This document shows, piece after piece, positions 32,770 through 44,533 of a stretch of 64,000 nt of DNA. The position numbers and the translations under genes were made by a program. Within the stretch, counting starts at the first letter, position 1; every line of letters starts with the position of its first letter. The stretch lies in the NCBI GenBank assembly GCA_963842085.1, contig CAWJET010000001.1:992001-1056000 (forward strand), written 5' to 3'. This DNA is from an uncultured delta proteobacterium (lineage in GTDB: Bacteria; Desulfobacterota; Binatia; Binatales; Binataceae). The notes under the pieces are model-generated. The model was not told where the DNA came from and made no database searches. It saw only the letters and a program-made list of their open reading frames with translations.

Positions 32770-33282
32770 ATGACCAAGAGCAAAGAGCGTTCTCCGTTGA
32801 TTGCCGTCTACCCCGGCAGCTTCGACCCGATCCACAACGGGCACGTCGACGTCATCCGGCGCAGCGTCGCGATCTTCGACGAGGTGATCGTCGCGGTGAC
32901 CTACAATCCGCACAAGGACGCGGCACTGTTTACCGGCGACGAGCGCGTCGAGATGATCCGCGAGGTCATCCGCGATCTCGAGCCGCGTGCCCGCGTGGAC
33001 AAGTTCAGCGGGCTGTCGGTCGATTATGCGGAACGAATCGGCGCCAAAGTGCTGATCCGCTCGCTGCGCGCCGTGACGGATTTCGATTACGAGCTGCAGA
33101 TGGCGCAGATGAACAAGCAGATGAGCCCAAACGTCGAGACCATCTTCATGTTCTCGAATCCGCGGCTGTTCTTCAGCTCCTCGCACCTGATCAAGGAAGT
33201 CGCGGGCTACGGCAAGCGCTTGCCGGAGCTGGTGCCGGAACTCGTGATCGAGCGGCTGCGCGAAAAGCTCAAGGTCGCTTGA
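32770..33282 (+). CDS. coaD: Phosphopantetheine adenylyltransferase
   Basis: YPGSFDPIHNGH and LRAVTDFDYE motifs. Confidence 0.96.
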   Translation: MTKSKERSPLIAVYPGSFDPIHNGHVDVIRRSVAIFDEVIVAVTYNPHKDAALFTGDERVEMIREVIRDLEPRARVDKFSGLSVDYAERIGAKVLIRSLRAVTDFDYELQMAQMNKQMSPNVETIFMFSNPRLFFSSSHLIKEVAGYGKRLPELVPELVIERLREKLKVA

Positions 33283-33384
33283 GCGGTTCTTTCAAAACGC
33301 CGGGAACGATACAATCGGTCCTGTTCGCGGCGGCCGCGCGCCGTGCGTATTTCGCTGGATCATTTGCAGCCCGGACTTTAACCA

Positions 33385-34584
33385 ATGCTGAAGCTCAATC
33401 GCAGAATCGCCGCCATCAAGCCGTCCGCCACGCTGGCCGCCGACGCCCGCGCCACTGAAATGAAGCTCGCGGGCATCGACGTCATCTCGCTGGCCGCCGG
33501 CGAGCCCGACTTCGACACCCCCGAGCGCATCAAGCAGGCCGCCGACAAAGCGCTCGCCGCCGGCCAGACCAAATACACGCCGGTGGGCGGGACTGCGGCG
33601 CTCAAAAATGCGATCAAGCTCAAGCTCAAGCGCGACAACAACCTCGACTACGAGCCGGGCGAGATAATCGCGTCGGCGGGATGCAAGCAGGCCGAGGCCA
33701 ACGTAATCGCCGCGTTGTTCGACGAGGGCGACGAAGTGATCATACCGACACCCGCGTGGGTGAGTTTCGCCGCGATGGTCTCGCTGGCCGGCGCCGAGCC
33801 GAAGTTCGTGCCGTGCTCCGAGGAGTCCGGCTTCATGCTCGAGCCCGAGGCTTTGCGCCGCGCGATCACCTCGCGCACGCGCGGCATCATGCTCAACTTG
33901 CCGTCGAATCCAACCGGCGCCGTGTACGGACCCGAATCGCTCACCGCCATTGCCAGGGTGCTGGTCGACACCGACATCTGGGTGATGTCCGACGACGTTT
34001 ACGAGCACATCGTGTACGACGGACTCGCGCCGCACCTGTTCTATCTCGAACCGCGGCTCAAGTCCCACGGCATCGTTTTCAACTCGCTGTCGAAGACCTA
34101 CGCGATGACGGGATGGCGCATCGGATTTGCGGCCGGACCCAGGGAAGCGATCGCGGCCGCCGGCCGCTTGCAGAGCCAGAACAGCGGCAATCCCAATTCC
34201 ATCACGCAAGCTGCCGCGATCGAGGCGCTGACCGGTCCGCAGGACGAGCTCAAGCCGATGCTCGAGGCGTTCCGCGAACGCAACGCGCTGGTGGTCGAGC
34301 GCGTGCGGCGGATCCCGGGCTTCAAGCTGCCCAACGTACCGCAGGGCGCATTTTACGCTTTCCCCAACGTGTCGGAGTTGCTCGGCAGCCGGTTCGGCGA
34401 CAAGCAAATCACCGACGGCGACGCGCTCGCGGCATTTATCCTCGACCAGGCGCACGTCTCGCTGGTCGGCGGCAACGACTTCGGCGCGCCCGATCACGTC
34501 AGGCTTTCGTACGCCACCTCGGTGAAGAATCTGAACGAAGCATTCGATCGTATCGAGCGCGCCGTCGCGAAGCTCAAGCGCTAG
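33385..34584 (+). CDS. Class I PLP-dependent (aspartate) aminotransferase
   Basis: GEPDFDTP, PSNPTG, DDVY and SKTYAMTGWRIG motifs. Confidence 0.93.
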   Translation: MLKLNRRIAAIKPSATLAADARATEMKLAGIDVISLAAGEPDFDTPERIKQAADKALAAGQTKYTPVGGTAALKNAIKLKLKRDNNLDYEPGEIIASAGCKQAEANVIAALFDEGDEVIIPTPAWVSFAAMVSLAGAEPKFVPCSEESGFMLEPEALRRAITSRTRGIMLNLPSNPTGAVYGPESLTAIARVLVDTDIWVMSDDVYEHIVYDGLAPHLFYLEPRLKSHGIVFNSLSKTYAMTGWRIGFAAGPREAIAAAGRLQSQNSGNPNSITQAAAIEALTGPQDELKPMLEAFRERNALVVERVRRIPGFKLPNVPQGAFYAFPNVSELLGSRFGDKQITDGDALAAFILDQAHVSLVGGNDFGAPDHVRLSYATSVKNLNEAFDRIERAVAKLKR

Positions 34585-34589
34585 CAGCG

Positions 34590-35830
34590 ATGGCCGACCC
34601 GGCGGGTTCGCGCACCTCTCTGCGCCGGCTTCCGATTACCCCGATTGCGGCGGCGATCCTCGCGCTCGTAGCGGCGCTCTCATTCGTCCACCGCGTGCGC
34701 GCGGTGCAGCACCGTTACGACGACATCGATTTCGCCATCTTTTACGGCTGGTGGACCGACTATTCGACCGGCGGCGACCCCGGAGGGTGCAGGCCACAAA
34801 ACCCGAATTGCGGCCCGGCCTCGAGCGTCCGCGCTTTTGCAATTACACGCCGTTTTTCGTCGTGGAGTTTTCGCCGCTGGCCCGGCTCGCTCAGAAAACC
34901 GCGTTCTGGGTCTGGCTGTCCGGGCAGATGCTATGCCTCGTTGTCGCCGTGCTGATGCTGGCGCGCGCGAACGCTCCTCCGCTGGGAACAGCGCCGGCGA
35001 TCATCGTGCTTTCGCTGGTGATGCTGTCGCGGCAGTTCGCGGGCGCGATGGTTGCAGCCCAGGTTACGCCGATGCTGCTGGCGCTGCTGTGCGCATCATG
35101 GTTCTGCGCGCGGCGGGAGGGCCCGGCGGCCGCGGGACTGTGCCTGGCGCTCGCGGCGCTGCTCAAGCTCTACCCCGCGGCAGTTGCCGGATATCTTTTG
35201 TTTGGCCGCCGCTGGCGCGCGCTCGGCTGGACGATCGGATTCTTTGCCGCCGGCGTGTTGCTGACGAATCCCGCCCTGTGGATCGAGCTCGCGACGCAGG
35301 GAGTGCCCGTTTCCTACCATGCCGTGGCGCACGCAGAACTCACCATGCTCGCGTTTGTTCGAAAATGCGTTGCGCACTTCGCCGGCACGACGGTTATCGC
35401 CGCGCCGTTCTTCGCGGTCCTCGCAATCACCGCGCTCATCGACCTCGCGCTGCTCGCAATCGCCGCCGCTGCCACGGTCACCGGCCGCGGCCGCACCGAC
35501 CTCGACGGTCTCGTTTTCGGACTGTGGGTCGCGCTTGCGCTCCTGATGTCGCCGCTGGCGTGGATCCCTGAAACCCTGCTGCTGCCCGCGTACCTGTTCG
35601 GGACGCTCGCCGCATGGAACGGCTTCCGGCGGCGCGAGGCCGCCCATCAGATTTCGTTGATTGCCGGCGCCGCAATACTCACCGCTTGCGTCGCAACGGC
35701 CCTGATTAAAGCCGTGCCGCATCCGGGATTTCCGGTGCTGCTCGCGGCGTACCTCAGCGCCGCGCTGATCTTCCGGGCGCGGATGCGTTCGGCGTCGCCG
35801 CGCGATGAAGTTCGACGGCTCGCGCCTTAG
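34590..35830 (+). pseudogene. GT87/DUF2029 membrane glycosyltransferase, frameshifted near 34781
   Basis: 5' part (TM, DIDFAIFY..GGDP) and 3' part (NYTP, Q..P, LKLYP) are in different frames; one added base after GACCCC joins them. Confidence 0.75.
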
Positions 35831-36264
35831 CCCCGGCGCCTGCGCCAGGGAGCGGGGAATTCGCCCGTGTCGAGCCAGCGCACATAGTCGGCGAGAATTT
35901 CCGCGTGATCGAACGCGAGCGGAGTCGGCGGGTTGCGTGGATCGCACAGAGTCGCATTCTTGGCGTCATCGGCGCCGCGCGGTGTCCCCGACGCGCGCGC
36001 GACGTACACCAGTGTGATCGTCTGGCCGCGCGGATCGCGCTCGGGCCGCGAATACACGCCGAGCAGCGCGCGAAGCTTGACCTCGAGCGAAATCTCCTCG
36101 CGCGCCTCGCGCACCGCCGCATCCTCGACCGTCTCGCCAAAGTCGACGAACCCGCCGGGAATCGCCCATCCCGGTGGAAAGTTCCTGCGCTCGATCAAAA
36201 CTACTTTGTCGCCGATCTCCGTGATGATGTCGGCGGCTATCGGCGGGCATTTCGGCCGTGGCAT
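35827..36264 (-). CDS. NUDIX hydrolase
   Basis: Nudix box GGFVDFGETVEDAAVREAREE; RDPR and LAFDH motifs. Confidence 0.94.
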   Translation of the reverse strand: MPRPKCPPIAADIITEIGDKVVLIERRNFPPGWAIPGGFVDFGETVEDAAVREAREEISLEVKLRALLGVYSRPERDPRGQTITLVYVARASGTPRGADDAKNATLCDPRNPPTPLAFDHAEILADYVRWLDTGEFPAPWRRRRG

Positions 36265-36292
36265 GATGCGATTCTAACATGGCGGTAACTTT

Positions 36293-37315
36293 ATGCAGGT
36301 AGCTCGGCTCTACGATTTCGGCGACATCCGCGTCGAGGAAAGCGCCCGCCCCGTGGCCGGCGACGGCGACATCCTGGTCCGCGCCAGCGCGTGCGGCATC
36401 TGCTCGGGCGACATCATGCCCTGGTACATCAAGCGCAAGGCGCCGCTCGTGCTCGGCCACGAACCGGTTGGCGTCGTCGAGCAGACCGGCGCGGGCGTGC
36501 GCGGATTCAAGCGCGGCGACCGCGTCTTCGTGCACCATCATGCACCCTGCTTCCAATGCGCGGCGTGCCGGCGCGGCGAATACGTGCAGTGCGCGACCTG
36601 GCGCGCGACCAACATCGTGCCCGGCGGGATGGCGGAATTCTTTCTCGTGAGCGCCGCCAATCAGCGCGACACGCTGCGCCTCCCCGACTCGATTGCCGAC
36701 GCCGACGGCGTACTGATCGAGCCGGCGGCCTGCGTCGTCAAGTCGCTCAAGCGCTCCGGCCTCAAGGCCGGCGAGTCCATTCTGATCATTGGGCTGGGCA
36801 TCATGGGCATGATGCACGTGAAGCTGGCGCGGCATCTCGGCGCCGGGACGATCCTCGGCGCGGACCTGTTCCATTCGCGTGCCAACCGCGCGCTCGAGCT
36901 CGGTGCGGATCGCGCAATCGTCGTCGAGGGCGACAACCTGGTCGAGCAGGTGCGCGAAATCACCAACGGCGCGATGGCCGACGTCGTCATCGTCGGACCA
37001 GGCACCTCGAAAGCTATCGCCGCCGGCATTGCCGCCGCCGGCAAGGGCGCCACCGTCGTTCAGTTCACGGCGACACCGCCCGACGACGAACTGCTCGTCA
37101 AGCCGCACGACCTCTACTTCAACGAGACCCGGCTCGTACCCAGCTATTCATGCGGACCCGACGAAACGCGTGAGGCGTTGTCGATGGTCGAGCGCGGCGT
37201 AATCAACGCCGCCGAACTGGTGACGCATCGGTTCCCGCTGGCGCAGATCACCGAGGCGTTTGCGACCGCGCAGAAGCCCGAGTCGCTGAAGGTGATCGTT
37301 ACGTTCGCGGCTTGA
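36293..37315 (+). CDS. Zinc-dependent alcohol/sugar dehydrogenase (MDR)
   Basis: CGICSGD, GHE, CxxCxxC..C and GLGIMG motifs. Confidence 0.92.
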   Translation: MQVARLYDFGDIRVEESARPVAGDGDILVRASACGICSGDIMPWYIKRKAPLVLGHEPVGVVEQTGAGVRGFKRGDRVFVHHHAPCFQCAACRRGEYVQCATWRATNIVPGGMAEFFLVSAANQRDTLRLPDSIADADGVLIEPAACVVKSLKRSGLKAGESILIIGLGIMGMMHVKLARHLGAGTILGADLFHSRANRALELGADRAIVVEGDNLVEQVREITNGAMADVVIVGPGTSKAIAAGIAAAGKGATVVQFTATPPDDELLVKPHDLYFNETRLVPSYSCGPDETREALSMVERGVINAAELVTHRFPLAQITEAFATAQKPESLKVIVTFAA

Positions 37316-37418
37316 GATGCGCCGCGGCCGGAGCCGAGCCGTCTACGCGCGGCAACTGGGTGTCAGCAACACTGACGCCGCAACTGAGTAATCAGTCCGG
37401 CAAAAGGAACAGTAAGGC

Positions 37419-37450
37419 AAAAGAGGGCGGCTGCCGATGCAACCGCCCTC
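37419..37450 (-). terminator. Intrinsic terminator
   Basis: Minus strand GAGGGCGGTTGC-ATCG-GCAGCCGCCCTC-TTTT downstream of the lipoprotein gene. Confidence 0.75.
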
Positions 37451-37473
37451 GTCACTATCAAGCCTGAGCGAAA

Positions 37474-37878
37474 TTACGGAGTCGCAGGAGCAGGAGCGGG
37501 CGCTGGAGCCGCTTCGCCACCTCCCGACGGTGCCGCTTCAGGAGCTGCCTCCGCCGCCGCTGCCCTGTGGTGGTGATGGACGTGGACGTGGACATGATGC
37601 TCCGACATCGTCTTCGACGCGATCGCCTCTGCGCGGTCCGCAGCCGCCTTCGCATCGCTCGCCGCCTGCTCTACGCGGCTCGCCGCCGCCTGAGCCTGCG
37701 CCGCAGACGCTGCCGACTTCTGGGCCGCCGCATCGGCGCGAGCCGCAGCCTGATCAGCCTGGTTCGCCGCGTTGACGGCGCGTTGTGCTGGATCAGGCTC
37801 GTTCGACGAACATCCTGCGAGCAACGAAAGGGCCAACACAGCCCCGGCAAGACCCACCAGTTTCGAAGTTTTTCTCAT
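37474..37878 (-). CDS. Alanine-zipper lipoprotein with His/Val tract
   Basis: LAGC lipobox, Ala-rich coiled coil, HHVHVHVHHHH, Pro/Ala tail. Confidence 0.82.
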   Translation of the reverse strand: MRKTSKLVGLAGAVLALSLLAGCSSNEPDPAQRAVNAANQADQAAARADAAAQKSAASAAQAQAAASRVEQAASDAKAAADRAEAIASKTMSEHHVHVHVHHHHRAAAAEAAPEAAPSGGGEAAPAPAPAPATP

Positions 37879-38328
37879 TAACCCTTCCATTTCTTCCTCC
37901 TAAGGAATGCGCAGGAGTGTTGCTAAGTCTCGTTCACGGGCTCCTGCATTGAGACTCTCAATTTGTCTCACAAACTCCCAGCGCTATGCAAGCCTTGGTC
38001 GCGAGACGATAACCTTGATGGACTAGCTAATAGCATCTCGATCTTAGCGACGGCGCGTTCGTGAAGATGCGATTAAAACTCACTGATGAACCAGTGACGC
38101 CGAATTCATTTACGTCAACTCACAGACGGATATTCGGCATCATTGCCAATCTTCTCGCGCTCGGCAGAGTCGTATTTAGCTACTCACAACAGTTTGCCAT
38201 GTAACTATTGCGCCTGCGCGAAAACGACTATTCGATGCACGTGCCTTATGGTTCCCGTTTGATTGCTGTTTTCGTCCCCAGCGGAACCATTTTCGACTGT
38301 TTGATGATCGCCAATCTCGGGCCAGCGG

Positions 38329-40017
<1,689 letters not shown>

Positions 40018-40317
40018 TCAATAAATCTCCGTCTGGCTATCTCGTCGTGGATTTCATCCCGCACACCACCGCACCGGCGGCAGCAGGACCGTCTTGAATC
40101 TAAACATCGCGCCGTGCGATGCAAGTGGACAGGCCAAATGACACCGCATCCGCGCGCAGGCCCTTTCGATGCGGCCTGACGAGCCGCGTTTTCATTTTCG
40201 TAGCCCCCCGCTCGTTCCGCGCGAGCCGCGAGACCCAGCCTGGCGATGGAATAGAGGGCGTTTTGGAAACCGGGACAAGTATCTTTATGAAGTTCGCTCG
40301 GCATGCAAGGATGACCG

Positions 40318-40812
40318 TTGCAGGGTGGCCGGATTCGGCGGAGGCTATTCAAGGTGTATAAAATCAAAGAGCCTGGTGCGGTCAAGCGCGCGGGCGCTGC
40401 GACCGCGGTGATAGCGATAATCTGTGGAGCAATCGGGACGCTGCCGGCCTCGCTTGCGTGGCCGGCGCCGGCAGGATCAGCCGCCGGCTCCCGCCGGGTC
40501 GATTGCAAATGCCGGGAGCTGCCGCTTCAACTCGCGGCGGAGCCCGCCGCTCCGGTGACCCAGGACGAAGCCGACGACGAAGACAAGGATGTTCCGACCA
40601 GCCAGGTCGACAAGTACATCAGCGTTTACGCGGCGATGCAGAAAGACCACAACCTGACGGTCGAGCAAGCCGCTTCCCAGCAAGGTCTTACGGTTGCGCA
40701 GTTCAGGCGACTCGAGAACAAAATCGAGAACGACGACACCCTGCGCGAGCGGGTCCGCAAGGCGCTCAGGCACGCGGCGAATCCCAAAGCCTCAGACTCG
40801 TCGGACGAGTAG
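40318..40812 (+). CDS. Exported hypothetical protein, DUF4168-like C-terminus
   Basis: Signal-like segment; QQGLTVAQF...ENDDTLRERV pattern recalled from DUF4168; start uncertain. Confidence 0.55.
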   Translation: MQGGRIRRRLFKVYKIKEPGAVKRAGAATAVIAIICGAIGTLPASLAWPAPAGSAAGSRRVDCKCRELPLQLAAEPAAPVTQDEADDEDKDVPTSQVDKYISVYAAMQKDHNLTVEQAASQQGLTVAQFRRLENKIENDDTLRERVRKALRHAANPKASDSSDE

Positions 40813-40852
40813 GCGCCGCCCGAGCAAGCGAAAACGGGAACTGAATTGAACG

Positions 40853-40873
40853 TGAAACCCGCCGTGGGTTTCA
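40853..40873. repeat. Short imperfect palindrome, second copy
   Basis: TGAAACCCGCCGTGGGTTTCA; see 19607. Confidence 0.6.
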
Positions 40874-40961
40874 GCAGGGGTGATGCCTGCGCTCAATGCC
40901 AGGACGAAGATGTCGCCCGCACCCCGCTGGAAAGAATTGAGCGGGTGCGGCGGACAAGACT

Positions 40962-41001
40962 AAGCGGTGGCGAAGCGCGATTGCTCGCTCCGCCACCGCT
41001 T
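40962..41001 (-). terminator. Strong hairpin after the Lpp/OprI-like gene
   Basis: AAGCGGTGGCG...CGCCACCGCTT stem between convergent genes. Confidence 0.65.
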
Positions 41002-41029
41002 CAAATCATTAGTAACGCAGTCTGATCGA

Positions 41030-41311
41030 TTACTTCGTGACCGAGGTCGCGAACGCCGCTTCCAGCCGCGACACTGCGTCGTTGGCGCGACGGACCGCAT
41101 CCTCCGCATCGCTGGCCGCAGCATCGGACTGCTGAGCCGCGGTCGCAGCCTGATTGGCCGAAGCTTCCGCCGCGTTCGCCGACGCCTCTGCCTTGGTCGC
41201 ATCCGCCTGGGCGCGATCGGTGGCGTTATTGATCGTCTTCATGTCGGGACCGCACGCGGTCACGAGCGCTGTCACGGCCACGACACCAAGCATCTTAACG
41301 ATTGTCTTCAT
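41030..41311 (-). CDS. Lpp/OprI-like alanine-zipper lipoprotein ending in Lys
   Basis: VTAC lipobox, Ala zipper, ..RRANDAVSRLEAAFATSVTK*. Confidence 0.82.
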   Translation of the reverse strand: MKTIVKMLGVVAVTALVTACGPDMKTINNATDRAQADATKAEASANAAEASANQAATAAQQSDAAASDAEDAVRRANDAVSRLEAAFATSVTK

Positions 41312-41532
41312 CCGAGCTTTCCTCCAGTGGTTCAAGTGAACATCCAATCCAGGTACACTATCAGCACAGATTCAATAGTCAGGGCTGGACGAGTGATCGC
41401 GGTAATAGTTGCAAAACCCGTCTGCGAACGCAAGGCGATGGAATCCGAGGCGGACGCCGAACACTGCGTTCGTAACATTCTGGAAGGAAATAATCTCCGG
41501 CCGGAAGGAAGTCCGAATCGAATTCAGCGTGA

Positions 41533-41562
41533 TTGACAGGCAAAACTTTCAGCGGTTATCGT
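41533..41562 (+). promoter_or_regulatory. Sigma-70-like promoter candidate
   Basis: TTGACA-N18-TATCGT about 80 bp upstream of the ferredoxin fusion gene. Confidence 0.4.
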
Positions 41563-41641
41563 CAACTGTGGCGAGCCAGTGCGGTTGCAGGCTTTCCTGG
41601 TCAGGTTTTCCTACATCATTTTACTGAGGGCCGGTTACGAG

Positions 41642-43126
41642 ATGGCGACGACGATCACGAGCGAATGTATCAACTGCGGAGCGTGCGAGCCGGAGTGTCC
41701 GAACACGGCGATATACGCGGGCGGAGTGCCGTGGGAGCTAAATGGCGCGACCAGTGCTGCGATCGCGCAGGACATCTATTACATCGTGCCGTCGAAGTGC
41801 ACCGAATGTGTCGGCTTTTACGATCATGAAGCGTGCGCCGCGGTATGCCCGGTAGATTGTTGCATTCCCGACCCGGCTAATCTCGAGACCGAGGCCGTGT
41901 TGCTCGCGCGCGCGCGGCAGTTGCATCCCGACGAGACGTTCGCCGACGACGCGCCGTCGCGCTTTCGCAAAGAAGGCGCAGCGCCGGCACCGGCGGCGGG
42001 CGGCGCGGAAGCGAAGACCAACGGCGCAGCAGTGACGCCGGCCGCGCCCAAGCCTGCGGCTGCGGCCGCGGCGCCCGCACCCAAGCCAGCGCCGGCGGCG
42101 CCCAAGCCCGCGGCGGCCGCTCCAGCAGCGGCCGCGCCAGCGCCCATAGCGACGGTGGCGGCGGCAGGCCTCGCGATGATGCATCTGCCGAAAGACATCG
42201 GCGCGTTGCCCGGGCCGGTCGGCGAGAAACATTTCCCGGGCGAGCTCGAAACTGAATTCGACACCGTGCTGGCTGCGGTCGATGCGTCGCCGGGTCGCAC
42301 GGCGCCGGCGCCGGTGCAAATCGCGTTTCGGCTGGCGGAGCCGGTGCTCGGCGCGATGCCCGACGGCGTAAAGGCCGAGCTCGAAGAGGCGGTCGGCACG
42401 ACGGCCGGGTTCTCGCGAATCCGTTCGACCGCGCTCAACATGATTCTGAACCTGATTCTTTATCCCGCGATCCTGACCGCGCTCTCGGTTAACGTGCTCG
42501 GCGACGGGCTGTTTTCGCAACGCACCGGCGGATGGATAATGCTCGGCGTGTTGATTGCCGCAGGCGAGGCCGCGTGGCGATTGCGCGAGGGCGTGATTCA
42601 CGCCAAGCCCGCGCACGAGATGACATATCGCGGATGCTGGTACGGGCTCGCGCTAGCGCCGATCGGCTCAATCCTGGTACGGGCGGGCGGAGCGGGCCGG
42701 CGCACGGAGCGCAAGGTGGCGTTCGACGGTTTCGAAGGCACGATGCATGAGGACAAAACCGAGCGCGATCGCCGTTACGGGACCGTATACACCGTCGCCG
42801 AGTATGCCAACGCGTACCTGGTTCGGCTCGAGATGCCGCGCAAGCTGCCGCCGTCGTCGCTCAAGCGGTTGTGGAATCTGCCCGACGAGATGCCCGACTA
42901 CGATTACAACATCATGCTCGGCGACAACGTGATTACGGTCAGCGCAAGCGTGCGCGGCGAGACGATCCGGCGACTCTCCTATGTGTCGTCGTCGTTCCCG
43001 GCCGATTTCACGACCCGAATCGAGTTCGGCAAGCCGGTGGGCGCGTTCAAGCATCGGATGCGCGACAAGGTGCTCGAGGTGATCGTGCTCAGGGCGGAGG
43101 CGGACCAGTTTCAGCACGCCGCCTGA
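41642..43126 (+). CDS. YfhL-type 2[4Fe-4S] ferredoxin fused to linker, TM region and HSP20-like C-domain
   Basis: CINCGACEPECPN and KCTECVGFYDHEACAAVCPVDCC; Ala/Pro linker; 2-3 hydrophobic helices; beta-rich C-terminus. Confidence 0.8.
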   Translation: MATTITSECINCGACEPECPNTAIYAGGVPWELNGATSAAIAQDIYYIVPSKCTECVGFYDHEACAAVCPVDCCIPDPANLETEAVLLARARQLHPDETFADDAPSRFRKEGAAPAPAAGGAEAKTNGAAVTPAAPKPAAAAAAPAPKPAPAAPKPAAAAPAAAAPAPIATVAAAGLAMMHLPKDIGALPGPVGEKHFPGELETEFDTVLAAVDASPGRTAPAPVQIAFRLAEPVLGAMPDGVKAELEEAVGTTAGFSRIRSTALNMILNLILYPAILTALSVNVLGDGLFSQRTGGWIMLGVLIAAGEAAWRLREGVIHAKPAHEMTYRGCWYGLALAPIGSILVRAGGAGRRTERKVAFDGFEGTMHEDKTERDRRYGTVYTVAEYANAYLVRLEMPRKLPPSSLKRLWNLPDEMPDYDYNIMLGDNVITVSASVRGETIRRLSYVSSSFPADFTTRIEFGKPVGAFKHRMRDKVLEVIVLRAEADQFQHAA

Positions 43127-43208
43127 AAAGTTATCGCGAGCTCAAACCGGCGAACGAGCTTAGACCGGCGGAATTGGCCCGGCGGGATCGCAGCTGAGCT
43201 TGCTTGAG

Positions 43209-43655
43209 ATGGCGATCCACATCCGGAACGCCACAGGTCGCGACCTGCCCCGTATCATCGAGATCGAGCGGCTGGCCTTTCCCGCCCCCTGGACCCCGGC
43301 CTCTTTTCAACGTGAGCTGACCCTGCCGTTCTCGCGCATCATGGTCGCGCTGCCGTCCACAAGCCCGCAGATTTCCGGCTTCCTCTGCCGATGGCTGATT
43401 GCCGACGAATGTCATGTCCTCAATATCGCCGTCCATCCGGAGTCGCGCCGGCTGGGGATCGGGACCGTGCTGATTTCAGAGGCGATCAGCGAGGCAAGAT
43501 CGACGGGTGCTGGCGTGGTTACACTGGAAGTTCGCCGTTCGAATCTGGCTGCCAGGCAGCTTTATCGTAAGTTTGGATTTGAAGAACGGCGTTTGAGGCG
43601 CCACTACTACGGCCCCGGCGAAGACGCAATCATTATGGAGCTCCGGTTCAATTGA
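43209..43655 (+). CDS. rimI: Ribosomal protein alanine N-acetyltransferase
   Basis: FPAPW, LNIAVHP, LEVRRSN and YY..GEDA motifs. Confidence 0.92.
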   Translation: MAIHIRNATGRDLPRIIEIERLAFPAPWTPASFQRELTLPFSRIMVALPSTSPQISGFLCRWLIADECHVLNIAVHPESRRLGIGTVLISEAISEARSTGAGVVTLEVRRSNLAARQLYRKFGFEERRLRRHYYGPGEDAIIMELRFN

Positions 43656-43817
43656 TCTTTTTGTCATCTGATTACGAACGCTGTTCTACCACGGGTGAAA
43701 TCCCGGTTTCCTTTTGATACTGGGGTTACAAATCAAGTAATTTTGTGGCATAATAGTATTCACATTCTAGGCTGATCGGATCGGTGATGAACCAGTGAAC
43801 TGCGCGGTCATCAACTC

Positions 43818-44354
43818 ATGTCCGAAATCCAGAGCCTGTTATCGAGTGCCATTACCGCAATGAATTTGCCGTTCAAGAAAGGTGAAAAGGTGGTTTACCC
43901 CGCCCATGGGGTGGCCGTCATCGAAGACATCCAGATGCGAGTCATTTCCGGGACGGAGCGGCGTTTTTACATGCTCCGGATTCTCGGCACCGAGAAGATG
44001 ACCATCATGATCCCGACCGAGAACGTCGAGTCGGTGGGACTGCGGCGCGTTATCGGCAAAGATATGGTGGAAAAGATCTACCGTATCCTGCGCCAGCGCA
44101 AGGTTGAGGTCGATACGCAGACCTGGAACCGGCGCTATCGCGAATACACGGAAAAGATCAAGACCGGTTCTCCGCTGGAGATCGCCAAGGTGCTGCGCGA
44201 CCTGCTGGTGCTCAAGGGCGACAAGGAATTGTCGTTCGGCGAGCGCAAGATGCTCGACACGGCGCGATCCTTGCTGGTGAAGGAATTGTCGATCGCCAAG
44301 GCGCATCCGGAAGAAAAAATCATGGAAGAGCTGAAGACGATCTTCGCGAACTAG
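43818..44354 (+). CDS. carD: CarD/CdnL family transcription factor
   Basis: VVYPAHGV, WNRRYR and LSFGER motifs; alternative start at 43860. Confidence 0.93.
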   Translation: MSEIQSLLSSAITAMNLPFKKGEKVVYPAHGVAVIEDIQMRVISGTERRFYMLRILGTEKMTIMIPTENVESVGLRRVIGKDMVEKIYRILRQRKVEVDTQTWNRRYREYTEKIKTGSPLEIAKVLRDLLVLKGDKELSFGERKMLDTARSLLVKELSIAKAHPEEKIMEELKTIFAN

Positions 44355-44382
44355 CCGACGCGCTCCATCCAAAGGCGTGAAT

Positions 44383-44414
44383 AAGGCCGGGAATTTCTCC
44401 CGGCCTTCTCTTTT
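44383..44414 (+). terminator. Intrinsic terminator after carD
   Basis: AAGGCCGGGA-ATTTC-TCCCGGCCTT then CTCTTTT. Confidence 0.7.
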
Positions 44415-44533
44415 GGCGAAGGCGCTTGCGATTTTGTTGAAGGTGAAGATTCGGTGTGCGAGTCTCGGCGAGATGGCGAAGCAGCGAAACGGAATATTTT
44501 TGCTCGCCGCAATTCGCTGTGGGCAACAGTAAA

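Noticed and set aside
38084-38097. 14-mer TGATGAACCAGTGA also found at 43785-43798
   Set aside because: Only two copies, not palindromic, and in different orientation relative to their genes; several 14-mer matches are expected by chance in 64 kb
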